DNA of 64,000 nt. It comes from Mobula hypostoma. Lineage: Eukaryota. The position numbers were made by a program, and so were the translations under genes. The notes below the pieces were generated by a model, which was given only the letters and a program-made list of their open reading frames with translations, ran no database searches and was not told where the DNA came from. Below, one piece after another: positions 12,310-22,754 of this stretch (its first letter is position 1; each line of letters starts with the position of its first letter). The stretch spans positions 8,618,001-8,682,000 of the forward strand of contig NC_086097.1 in the NCBI RefSeq assembly GCF_963921235.1, written 5' to 3'.

Positions 12310-13865
12310 CCTCACCATAGCATAGGAGTGGAAAATAGCACAAGGGCTAGTGTCTGGCTTTACAGTGCTAGCGATCAGGCTACCATTCCTGCCGCCACCT
12401 GTAAGGAGTTTGTTCATTCTCTTTGTGACCATGTGGGTTTCCTCTGGGTGCAAAGGCATATAAGTTATAGAGGTCATAGAAAAGTACAGCACAGAAACAA
12501 GCCTTTTGGCCCATCTAGTCCATGCTGAACCATTTAAACATCTTAGTCCCATTGACCCTACACCAGGATCATAGCCCTCCGTAACCCTACTATCCATGTA
12601 CCTATCTAAATTTCTCTTAAGCTTGGAAATCGAGCTCACATGCACCTCTTGTGCTGGCAGCTCATTCCATACTTTCACAACCCTCTTAGCGAAGATGTTT
12701 TCTCTCACGTTCCTCTTAAATTTCTCGCCTTTCATCCTTAACCCATGACCACTTGTTGTAGTCCCACTCAACCACAGTGGAAAAAACTTGCTTGCAGTTA
12801 CCTTATCTACACCCCTCTTAATTTTGTACATTTCTATCAAATCTCCTCTTAATCGTCTACACTCCAAGGAATAAATTCTTAACCTATTCAGTCTTTCCTT
12901 ATAACTCAGGTCCTCCAGACCCAGCAACATCCTTGTAAATTTTCTCTGATGTAAATTGAGATGATGAGAGATGTAAATTTTATATACAACTTCATATACA
13001 ACTTTAACATAATGTCCCATCACCTGTACTCAATACAGGCCAATGTACAAAAGCTTTCTTTACAAACCTATCTATCTGTGACAGTACTTTCAAGGAATTA
13101 CAGTCCTCTATTCCCAGATTCTTTTGTTCTACCACACTCCTCAGTGCCCTATCATTCACCTTGTAAGACCTACCCTGGTTGGTCCTACCAAAGTGCAACA
13201 CCGCACACTTGTCAGCATTAAATCCTACCTGCCATTTTTCCAGCTAGTCCAGATCCTGCTGCAAGCTCTGATAGTCTTCCTCACTGTCCACTACACCCCC
13301 AATCTTGGTGTCACGTGCAAATTTGCTAATCGAATTAACTGCATTGTCATGCAGATCATTGACAAACAACAGCATGTCCACACCGAACCCTGCGGCACTC
13401 CACTTGTCACAGGTCTCCAGTCAGAGAGGCCACCATCTACTACCATTCTCTGACTTTGCCTGCAAAGCCCATGTCTATTCCAATTTACTACCCCATCATG
13501 AAGCCAAGAACTGAACCAACCTCCCATGTGGATTAGTAAGTGAGACTAAATTGTGGCTATGCTAAATGGCGCTGGAAGCATGGCAACACTTGAGTGCTGT
13601 CCCCAGCGCATCCTCAGGCTGTGTTGGTCATTGACACGAACAATGCATTTTACTGCATTTCACCATTCAGCCCTGAAACTTTGACTGTACCTTTTTCCAT
13701 AGATGCTGCCTGACCTGCAAAATTCCACCAGAATTGTACCTGTATTGCTTGGATTTTCAGCATCTGTAGATTTTCTCTTGAATGTGATTACATTTTACTC
13801 TACGTTTTGATGTATATTTTGATGTATATTTGATGTATATTTGATAAATAAATCTAATCTAATCT
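12310..13865 (+). mobile_element. tRNA SINE split by a CR1 insertion and a Penelope-derived fragment (~13665-13780)
   Basis: Head at 12310-12455; the tail at 13530-13865 matches 10870-11020. Confidence 0.55.
12465..13528 (-). mobile_element. 5'-truncated CR1 LINE (RT C-terminus to 3' tail)
   Basis: QRMVVDG..SGVPQGSV, LHFGRTNQ, QRKFTRMLLGLEDLSYKERL..RRLRGDLIE; CR1 tail at 12465-12520. Confidence 0.9.
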
Positions 13866-13919
13866 TTTATTAATTACAAAATCAGATTTTGGCCTCTATT
13901 CATCCCTCAGCACCAGCAG

Positions 13920-14092
13920 AATCATAGTGATACTTTATTGCTCCCGGGGGAAATTGGTTTTTGTTAGTTGCACCATAAATAATAAATAGTAATAGAACCA
14001 TAAATAGTTAAATAGTAATATGTAAATTATGAAATAAGTCCAGGACCAGCCTATTGGCTCAGCGTGTCTGACCCTCCAAGGGAGGAGTTGTA
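13920..14092 (-). mobile_element. Short 3' end of a Rex1-type LINE
   Basis: Near-identical to 17310-17490 (tactttattgctcccgggggaaatt..ccagcctattggctcag..ggagttgta). Confidence 0.8.
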
Positions 14093-14216
14093 TTACCATA
14101 TCCAATATAAAGCCCACTACCAGTCCTCAGAAGCACCTGGATATTACTGATATCTGTGATGAAAGGTTCCACATTGAGAGTCAGACAATGATTATTCAAA
14201 TAAGAATAACCTTATT

Positions 14217-15132
14217 AGGGAGAGGGAGAGGGGGAGAGAGGGGGGGAGAGAGGGAGGGAGGGGGGAGAGGGGGAGAGAGGGGAGAGAGGGAGGGAGAGAG
14301 GGGAGAGAGGGAGGGAGGGAGGGGGGAGAGAGGGAGGGAGGGAGGGGGGAGAGAGGGAGGGAGGGAGGGGGAGAGAGGGAGGGAGGGAGGGAGGGAGGGA
14401 GGGAGGGAGGGAGGGAGGGAGGGAGGGAGAGGGGGGAGGGAGGGAGGGAGGGGGGAGGGAGAGAGAGGGAGGGAGAGAGAGGGAGGGAGAGAGAGGGAGG
14501 GAGAGAGAGGGAGGGAGAGAGAGGGAGGGAGAGAGAGGGAGGGAGGGGGAGAGGGGGAGGGAGAGGGGGAGGGAGAGGGGGAGGGAGGGGGGGGAGGGGG
14601 GAGGGAGGGGGGAGGGAGGGGGGAGGGAGAGGGGGAGGGAGGGGGGAGGGAGGGGGGAGGGAGGGGAGAGGGGGAGGGAGGGGAGAGGGGGAGGGAGGGG
14701 AGAGGGGGAGAGGGGGAGGGGGAGGGGGAGAGAGGGAGGGGGGAGAGGGGGAGGGGGGAGAGGGGGAGAGGGGGAGGGGGGAGAGGGGGAGAGGGGGAGG
14801 GGGGGAGAGGGGGAGGGGGAGGGGGAGGGGGGAGAGGGGGAGAGGGGGAGGGGGAGGGGGAGGGGGGAGAGGGGGAGGGGGAGGGGGAGAGGGGGAGAGG
14901 GGGGAGGGGGAGGGGGGAGGGGGAGGGGGAGGGGGAGGGGGGAGGGGGAGGGGGAGGGGGGAGGGGGAGGGGGAGGGGGAGGGGGAGGGGGGGAGAGAGG
15001 GGGAGGGAGGAGAGAGAGGGGGAGGGAGGGAGAGGGGGGAGGGAGAGGGGGGAGGGAGAGGGGGACGGAGAGGGGGACGGAGAGGGGGACGGAGAGGGAG
15101 AGAGACGGAGAGAGAGAGAGAGAGAGAGAGAG
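14217..15132. repeat. ~915-bp polypurine (G/A) low-complexity tract
   Basis: Almost only G and A (GGGA, GGGGA and GAGAGG units, ending in (GA)n, with a few GGAC units); it generates the four spurious 300+ aa ORFs. Confidence 0.97.
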
Positions 15133-15470
15133 CGCCTGTGGCATGTCGAATACTGGGTGAACAAGTAGTCTTCGGGGTACAGCAAGTATGTGTCTTTGCT
15201 GTTACTTTGCTGCACGCTTGAGTGCTCGGTGGTGGATGCTGATGCTTTTTTTTGCTGGTGGGAGAGGGGGGATCATTGCTTTGTTGCTGCATACGTGTGG
15301 GAGGGAGGGGGGAGCTGGAGGGACTTTGGGGTTCTAACAGTTAACTATCATTCATTCTTTGGGAGCACTCCACTGTTTTCGTGGATAGTTGCGAAGAAAA
15401 AGCATCTCAGGATGTATATTGTGTACACATCTCTGACGTTAAAAGTACCTTTAAAACCTTTTGAAACCTG
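15125..15470 (+). mobile_element. 3' half of the non-coding element seen at 33503-34345
   Basis: Shared ctttggggttctaa, ttgttgctgc and gtatattgt..ctctga..ttaaa..tttga terminal segments. Confidence 0.6.
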
Positions 15471-15569
15471 AGTTTCTTCTACTGGCTCCAATCATTTTGC
15501 CAATGTGCCGAGAGCTATTTTCCTTCTTCGTGAAGAGCAGTTTTCTGAAGAGGCTGAAGAGAGCTGGAC

Positions 15570-15980
15570 TCATCATCATTATTACATGTCGCGTTGTATG
15601 ACATAGGTGATCATGTTCTTCTGCTTGTCTTTAATCTGTCATCCCATCTGTTGTATTTATTCATTTCTTTATCCATGACCATGATTTTTCTTGGCAAATT
15701 TTTCTACAGAAGTGGTTTGCCATGGCCTTCTTTTGGGCAGTGCCTTTACAAGATGGGTAACTCCAGCTATTGTCAATACTTTTCAGAGATTGTCTGCCTA
15801 GAGTCAGTGGTCGCAGAACCAGGACTTGTGATGTGCACCGACTGCTCATACGACCATCCACCACCTGCTCCCATGGCTTTATGTGACCCTGAGCAGGTGC
15901 TACACCTTGTCCAAGGGTGACCTGCAGCCTGGCGGAGGGAAAGAGCACCTTACATCTTCTTTGGTAAAGAGGTATAATTC
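15570..15980 (-). mobile_element. Bipartite RTE-derived non-autonomous element (RTE 5' UTR plus (TGA)n tail)
   Basis: Minus strand has a Bov-A-like gaaggccatggcaaaccacttctgtagaaaaatttgccaagaaaaatcatgg and a tail matching the RTE at 22427; relatives at 19731-19875 and 46487-47072. Confidence 0.7.
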
Positions 15981-16029
15981 CTGTGTCTTGGGTGGCAGGG
16001 TGGAAAGCTGGAGTAGGCACATCAAAACT

Positions 16030-16615
16030 CACGCCATTCTACAGATGTGCAATGGAGAGCATCCTAACATGCTGCATCACTGCATAGTACAGAAACTGCA
16101 CTGCGGTGGACAAGAAGATTCCACAACGGGTAGCCAAAACTGCATCAATGGCACCAGCCTACCCACCATCGAGGACATATAGACAGAAGGGTTTCCCTAA
16201 GCAGTAAGGCTGATCAACAACTCTACCCACTAACCCTGGGCATTGTGGTTAGCACAATACTTTACAGTATCAGTGACCCAGTTTCATTTCCCGCTGCTGT
16301 CCGTAAGGAGTTAGTATATTCTCCGCATGACAGTGTGGAATTTCTCCAGGTGTTCCGGTTCCTCCCACTGTCCAAATCCATACCGGCTAATAGGTTGATT
16401 GGTCATTGCTAGTTGTCCCATGGTTAGGCTAGCATTAAATTGAGGGTCCAGAAGGGCCTACTCCACACTGTATCTCAATAAATGAACATCCACCTTCCAC
16501 CCCCTCCAACACTACTTACCATTTCATGTCAGAGTCACCTTATGTACAAACACTCCTGTGCCAAGTGTCCCTTTATGTATGTACAATCAATCTATGTATA
16601 TAAGCAGCTTGCTTT
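16030..16615 (+). mobile_element. Degenerate Rex1/Babar 3' fragment containing an HE1-type SINE (~16238-16482)
   Basis: Matches 7770-8220 (gagagcatcctaaca, ggcaccagcctac, gcagtaaggctgat); the SINE has an A-box-like tgtggttagc, a taattggtca-like core and a ctcaataaa tail. Confidence 0.7.
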
Positions 16616-17299
16616 TCATATCGTACTGCCCAGGTTTGCACATCTAGACAGCTATGACACAACATCCATGGTCGACCCTGACCAATGGAGGCCTCAAACT
16701 TTTTCTAATTCTAATAATAAATTACTTTACAATAAATTAGTGATAATGAGTGATATACTCATGAACTAGTTCAGCGATGAGTGAAGTTATCCTACTGATT
16801 GAAGAGCCTGATGGTTGAGGGGTAATAACTGTTCCTGAACCTGAGTCTTGTGACTCCTGTACCTCATTCCTAATGGTAACAGCAAAAAGAGAAATGTTTT
16901 ACAACTCAACTATAACTCCATAAGATTTAGGAGCAGAAGGAGGCCATTCGGCCCACCAAGTCTGCTCTGCCATTCAATCATGGGCTGATTCAATTCTTCC
17001 AGTCATCCACACTTCCCTGCCTTCACCCCATATCCTTTGAAGACCTGGCTAATCAAGAACCTATCTACCTCTGCCAGCTAGCTTGCAGACTTTGTTTAGC
17101 ACAGTACCGCTGAAACTGACCAAATGAAAGAAGAGAATATCTGAAGAATCAGCTCACAAATTCAACAGGGAAGTTAAATTGCAACAACAAAACAAAGTGA
17201 AGAAGAAATTTGTCTTTGTTCACTCGGTCTGAGTATGTCCTTGAATATGGGTCATCATTTATACATTCCTCTGCACAATAAGTCCAATTGATATGACTA

Positions 17300-18100
17300 C
17301 ATAGTCATAGTCATAGTCATACTTTATTGCTCCCGGGGGAAATTAGTTTTTGTTACAGTTGCACCATAAATAATTAAATAGTAATAAAACCATAAATAAT
17401 TAAATAGTAATATGTAAATTATGCCAGGAAATAAGTCCAGGACCAGCCTATTGGCTCAGGGTGTCTGACCCTCCAAGGGTGGAGTTGTAAAGTTTGATGG
17501 CCACAGGCAGGAATGACTTCCTATGACGCTCTGTGTTGCATCTCGGTGGAATGAGTCTCTGGCTGAATGTACTCCTGTGCCCAACCAGTACATTATGCAG
17601 TGGATGGGAGACATTGTCCAAGATGGCATGCAACTTGGACAGCATCCTCTTTTCAGACACCACCGTCAGAGAGTCCATTTTCATCCCTACAACATCACTG
17701 GCCTTACGAATGAGTTTGTTGATTCTATTGGTGTCTGCTACCCTCAGCCTGCTGCCCCAGCACACAACAGCAAATATGATCGCACTGGCCACCACAGACT
17801 CGTAGAACATCCTCAGCATCGTCCGGCAGATGTTATAAGGACCTCAGTCTCCTCAGGAAATAGAGATGGCTCTGACCCTTCTTGTAGACAGCCTCAGTGT
17901 TCTTTGACCAGTCCAGTTTATTGTCAATTCATATCCCCAGGTATTTGTAATCCTCCACGATGTCCACACTGACCCTCTGGATGGAAACAGGGGTCTCCGG
18001 TATCTTAGCTCTCCTCAGGTCTACCACCAGCTCCTTAGTCTTTTTCATGTTAAGCTGCAGATAATTCTGCTCACACCATGTGACAAAGTTTCCCACCGTA
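17300..18100 (-). mobile_element. 5'-truncated, well-preserved Rex1-type LINE
   Basis: ORF 17448..17819 MLRMFYESVVASAIIFAVVCWG..ILDNVSHPLH..RCNTERHRKSFLPVAIKLYN; upstream YKYLG..LDWSKN; (ctatga)n tail at 17300-17320. Confidence 0.9.
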
Positions 18101-18644
18101 CAGTACAAGGTTTAATATTTTTTTCTACCATTAATATTAAATTACATTACGATAATTAAAGATAACTAGTGAAATACAATTTGATTTCTACATTAAAATC
18201 TCATTTGCTGCTATTTAGATACCACCAAGTTAATGGAGTCGCTTTCAAATCCAGAGGGGAAACATTGACTCAGGCTCAATAACTGGACTTAGAAACCTTC
18301 CTTGCTAACAATGGTGGAACAGTAGCTCTGCCCACAATACGAAGTAGAGAGCGATTACTCCATTCACAAAGCTTCGAGCAAGATTCTTATTCAGTGTACA
18401 ATAAAAGAAACCTTTGCCTTTGAAACATGTTAACAATGATTTAGACAGGAGAACTGCAAACAGCATTTCCAGGACATTTTCAATTGCAGTTCACCCAGTT
18501 TTTTGCCTAAAAAGTGCGGAGGTCTCCAGCTGAATATTTTGGATCAGGAAAGGTGGTAAGTTTAGTAACTGGAACACACACCTACAGGAAATATGCCATC
18601 ATGTTTCAGAACGGACAATGAATCCATATACACTACCATACTAT

Positions 18645-18966
18645 GCAAACATGAGGAATTCTGCAGATGCTGGAAATTCAGGCAACACACATCAAAGTTG
18701 CTGGTGAACACAGCAGGCCAGGCAGCATCTCTAGGAAGAGGTACAGTCGACGTTTCAGGCCGAGACCCTTCGTCAGGACTAACTGAAGGAAGAACTAGTA
18801 AGAGGTATGAAAGTGGGAGGGGGAGTGGGAGATCCAAAATGAATCTCCCTCCCACTTTCAAATCTCCTACTAGCTCTTCTTTTAGTTAGAAACGTCGACT
18901 GTACCTCTTCCTAGAGATGCTGCCTGGCCTGCTGCATTCACCAGCAACTTTGATTTGTGTTGCTTG
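18645..18966. mobile_element. Short inverted (tail-out) Penelope-like insertion
   Basis: 15-bp TSD acactaccatactat at 18630-18644 and 18967-18981; the right arm is the reverse complement of the left but lacks the hammerhead core. Confidence 0.9.
18744..18781 (-). ncRNA. Minimal type-I hammerhead ribozyme motif (Penelope pLTR)
   Basis: Minus strand UAGUC-CUGACGA-AGGgucucggCCU-GAAAC-GUC-GACUG. Confidence 0.8.
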
Positions 18967-19419
18967 ACACTACCATACTATTTTTGCTCTCTTTTTCTAT
19001 GACTTATTTAATTTAATTTTATATATTTATTGTATTTTATGGCTTTTTTTATTATCTATTGCATTGTACTGTTGGCACAAAACAACAAATTTTACAACAC
19101 ATGCCCGTAATCTAAAACCTGATTTTGATTTTGATTCTGAAGTCTATGCAACAGAACATGGTGGTTGCCCCTCAATGACAGGAAATCTACGTGGGATCTT
19201 CTTCATCAAAATGATACCCAAGTTCAAGTCCAATGTTATTGTCATTCTGTTGCATACACAGGCTATAAACATCAAGAAATGTATCGGGCACCACAGTGGA
19301 CTATGGATTGAGCTTTCGAAGATCAAAGCTCAAAGTAAAATTGCTGTGTAATTCTTGCCATATACTATGAGAGGAAAAATAAAAAAAAAGCCAGTTAACT
19401 ATTCCAAATGATCATAAAC

Positions 19420-19725
19420 CAGTTACTTTCCCCGAGCAGTAAGTTTGATCAACACCTCCTCCCACTAACTTACCCCATCACACACTTCCCTCCCACCACC
19501 ATCACTACTTTACCATTTCATGTCAGTCACCTTATGTACAGCCAGTACCGTGCCTGGTGTCACTTTATGTACATTCAATCAATCTCTGTATATAAACTAT
19601 CTTATGTACTTATATTTATATTTATTGTGTTTTTTATTATTGGGTTCTTTATCATATTATGTTTACTTCTGTGCTGCATCAGATCCAGAGTAACAATAAT
19701 TTTGTTCTCCTTTACACTTGTGTAC
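19420..19725 (+). mobile_element. Rex1/Babar 3' UTR fragment
   Basis: Matches 8050-8330. Confidence 0.75.
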
Positions 19726-19730
19726 TGAAG

Positions 19731-19875
19731 TGGGTGGCGGGGTGGAGATACGTGTCTACCAAAGGAGGTGTAAGGTGTTCCTTCCCTCTGCTAGCCAGCA
19801 AGTCATCCTTGGGCAAAGTGTAGCACCTGCTTAGCCCCTCAGTCAGGGTCACGTAAAGCCATGGGGAGCAGATGT
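19731..19875 (+). mobile_element. 5' part of the RTE-derived non-autonomous element
   Basis: gggtggcggggtggagatacg..ccttgggcaaagtgtagcacctgcttagc matches the reverse complement of 15880-15975 and 46975-47072. Confidence 0.7.
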
Positions 19876-19964
19876 GGGTTTTTGTATTGAAATTATGTAT
19901 TTATAAATATTGTGTTCTTTATTATTATTGTGCTCTTTATCTTATTGTGCTTTTTTCAATTTAT

Positions 19965-20325
19965 CTGTTGAGAGACAGCACATAATAGGCTCTTTTAGTT
20001 CTTCAAGCCACTGTGCTCAACAATCCTCAGATTTAGGTAATTTCTCAGGTAAGGATGTGTTCATCACAGCTTTGTGGGTCGAAGGGCCTGTATTGTGCTG
20101 TAAGTTTTCTATATTTCTATGTTTAATCTTAACCTAATCACGGGATAATTTACAAGGACCAATTGTAATGACCAACCAATAGATCTTTCAACTGTGATAG
20201 AAACGGGAGCACCTGGAAGAATCCCACTCAGTCATGGAGAGTAGGTATAAACTCCTTTCAGGCGGAATTGAACCCAGACCACAGGTACTGTAAGGCATTG
20301 TGCTAACCATAACACTACCATGCCA
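19965..20325 (-). mobile_element. HE1-type SINE containing a short plus-strand CR1 tail (~20030-20120)
   Basis: ggaattgaacccag..gtgctaaccataacactacc is the reversed tRNA-like head. Confidence 0.6.
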
Positions 20326-21329
20326 TTGTGCTGCATCAGATCCAGAGTAACAATTATTTTGTTATTGAATTTTGAATCTTGGTCTTGGATCTGAAATTCT
20401 GGGAAGCTGCTTTTTAATCTATTACCAGGTGAAAACTGTAATATTTTTCCTGATATCAGGTGCTTGAATTGTTGTCAAATCTCTTTGATTCCAGTCTTTC
20501 AGAAGTCAGTTCTTTTATCACTGCCTGGAGTTGTGGATAAAAGCTGGCCACTTGACTACTTGGTGTTTGTCAAGTGTTATCAGTACCTGCAGGGGCCACA
20601 GAAACCCACAGGACACCACAGAACAATCTTAACACAATTTTGAAACTGAGAGGTTAGACTCAGTTTGAGAAATGCTTTCCTCCTGGGAGCACAGGGAGAT
20701 GTCATTAATAACCAATGAACAAAGCAATGAAAAAGACCTCATTTTGAAGAGAGAGAGGGTGGGGAAGAGCAGAAAATAATAAAAATGAGCAGAAGTTTGA
20801 AAATGGATTCATGCCATTGAAACAATGCTGCTCTGCCATTCTGAAAGTGGGAAAACAAGACCGTTTGTTACAAATGGTCTTGCTTTCTCACTTCCAGAAT
20901 AGAATCTTCAGATAAGACGCAAATATACTGTGAGGCATCAGTGAAAAGATGGAGTCTCATGAACAGCTGATCTTAATCCACAAATTTCAAATTACAAGAT
21001 TCAAGATTGTTTAATGTAATCTCCAATACACAAGTGTACACAAGGAGAATGAAACAATTGTAATTTTGGATCCGATGCAGCACAAAAAAATCACACAATA
21101 CGATAAAGAACACAATAATAAAAAAAACACAATAAAACACTATATTGTTCTTTTTCCATGACTTATTTAATTTAATTTTACATATTTCTTATTTAATTTA
21201 TATATTTTTATTATTATGTATTGTATTGTACTGCTCCCATAAAACAACAAATTCCATGACATGACAAATACCAATGATATTAGACCTGATTTTGATTCTA
21301 ATTCTGAAATATATACATACTGATGGCTT

Positions 21330-21586
21330 TTTTTTAAGCCTGTCGCACCAGACAGTCAGCCATTCTTGTCTGGTGCGTGGTGTCAGGATTGGTCTCCTTT
21401 CAGATTAACTGTGTTATGATATGGACTTTCCTGACTCAACCTTTTTTTTACAAGGCCGCGTGGCTAGCTCGACGCTCAACCCGGCACTGATGGAAAGCGT
21501 GCTCGGGGGTAGCCCGACTTGGGTTCGAACTCGGGAGTCTTCGCTCTGGAGTCTGGCACTGATGCCATTGCGCCACCAGCCGGCCA
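21330..21586 (-). mobile_element. Young tRNA-derived SINE distinct from HE1
   Basis: Minus strand: A box TGGCGCAATGG, B box GAGTTCGAACC, A-tail; 11-bp TSD actgatggctt at 21319-21329 and 21587-21597; diverged relative at ~34693-34895. Confidence 0.85.
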
Positions 21587-21964
21587 ACTGATGGCTTATT
21601 ATTCTATAAACAGGCACACTTATGACCAACCAGGAACAGGACACAAACAGTTATGCAAATCCATTTCCTACCCAACTCTCGGACTCCATCTGTGTAAAGC
21701 CTGTGGAGATTAGTCAAGGTCTACATGAATGATGGAATAGACAAGTAGGGCTGAATGGCCTGTTTTACGTCAATTGGGCCATTTTTACAGGTCTTGATTT
21801 CAGAATTACATAAGATGAGAACGGGAAAAAAAATCTTTACTCCAGCTGGGCAGAGTATGTATAGAGCACAGGGATTCCAGTGATATCCCAGACACATCTT
21901 CATGGAGCAATGCCTCAAAAAAGTGGCATTCATCATTAAAGAACACCATCACCACCTCATCAAA

Positions 21965-22140
21965 TCACAAACAAGAGAAAATCTGCAGATGCTGGAAATC
22001 CAAGCAACACAAGCAAAATGTTGGAGGAACTCAGCAGGCCAGGCAGCATCTATGGAAAAAAGTACAGTCAATGTTTGAGGCCAAAACCCTTCGGCGATGC
22101 TGCCTGGCCTGCTGAGTTCCTCCAGCATTTTGTGTTTTGC
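21965..22140. mobile_element. Older short inverted Penelope-like insertion in a Rex1 remnant
   Basis: aaaatgttggaggaactcagcaggccaggcagcatc ... gatgctgcctggcctgctgagttcctccagcatttt; hammerhead core decayed or truncated. Confidence 0.78.
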
Positions 22141-22426
22141 TCGCATCACCAGGTCATGCCTTGTTCTCATCAGGACGGAAGGCACACACCTAGTGATTCA
22201 GGAACAGCTTTTTGCCTCTGCCGTCTGATTTCTGAATGGGCATTACTTATTTAATTTAACTATTTATTATATATAAAATAGAATTACAGTAGATGAGACC
22301 AGGGAGATTTTTTTTTTAACTCCAGTCGGGCAGAATACATGTAGAGCAGAAGATTCCAGTGATGATTGAAAAGGTGAATGAAAGAAAAATAAAGACTTTC
22401 ATAAAAATAAATCATTGTTTGAAATG

Positions 22427-22750
22427 AATCATCATCATCATTACATGCCATGTCATATGATGTGAGCAAAGATGGTCTTCCGTCTGTCTTCAATCTAAAA
22501 AGCTCTAATAAGCTTTTCAAACCTTTTGGGTGTCCATCCCTTGAAGTAACTCATAAATGTTGTGCACTGTCGACCGTTACTTTTTCTTCGATCATTTTTT
22601 CCCGTCACTGCATGATATTTGAGTTACTCTTTCCTTAATACATGTTTCAGAAATCCCTGATTGATGATATCAGCTCTCTTCTTATTCCGGCTTTTTCACA
22701 ACACCCTCATTTGTTACTCTGTCCTTCCATGATAATTTTGTCATTCTTCT
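22427..22750 (-). mobile_element. Degenerate RTE 3' fragment with (TGA)n tail
   Basis: Minus strand MTKLSWKDRVTNEGV..FLKHVLRKE..GRQCTTFM, then gacatggcatgtaatgatgatgat. Confidence 0.72.
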
Positions 22751-22754
22751 CAAA

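Noticed and set aside
14188..15292. Four 309-366 aa ORFs (Gly/Glu/Arg-rich or Pro/Ser/Leu-rich)
   Set aside because: Artefacts of the G/A tract, which cannot contain stop codons.
18490..18561. Possible 66-nt exon (ttgcag acceptor, gtaagt donor)
   Set aside because: Only one frame is open, the peptide is unrecognised and there are no partner exons; this is expected by chance without RNA evidence.
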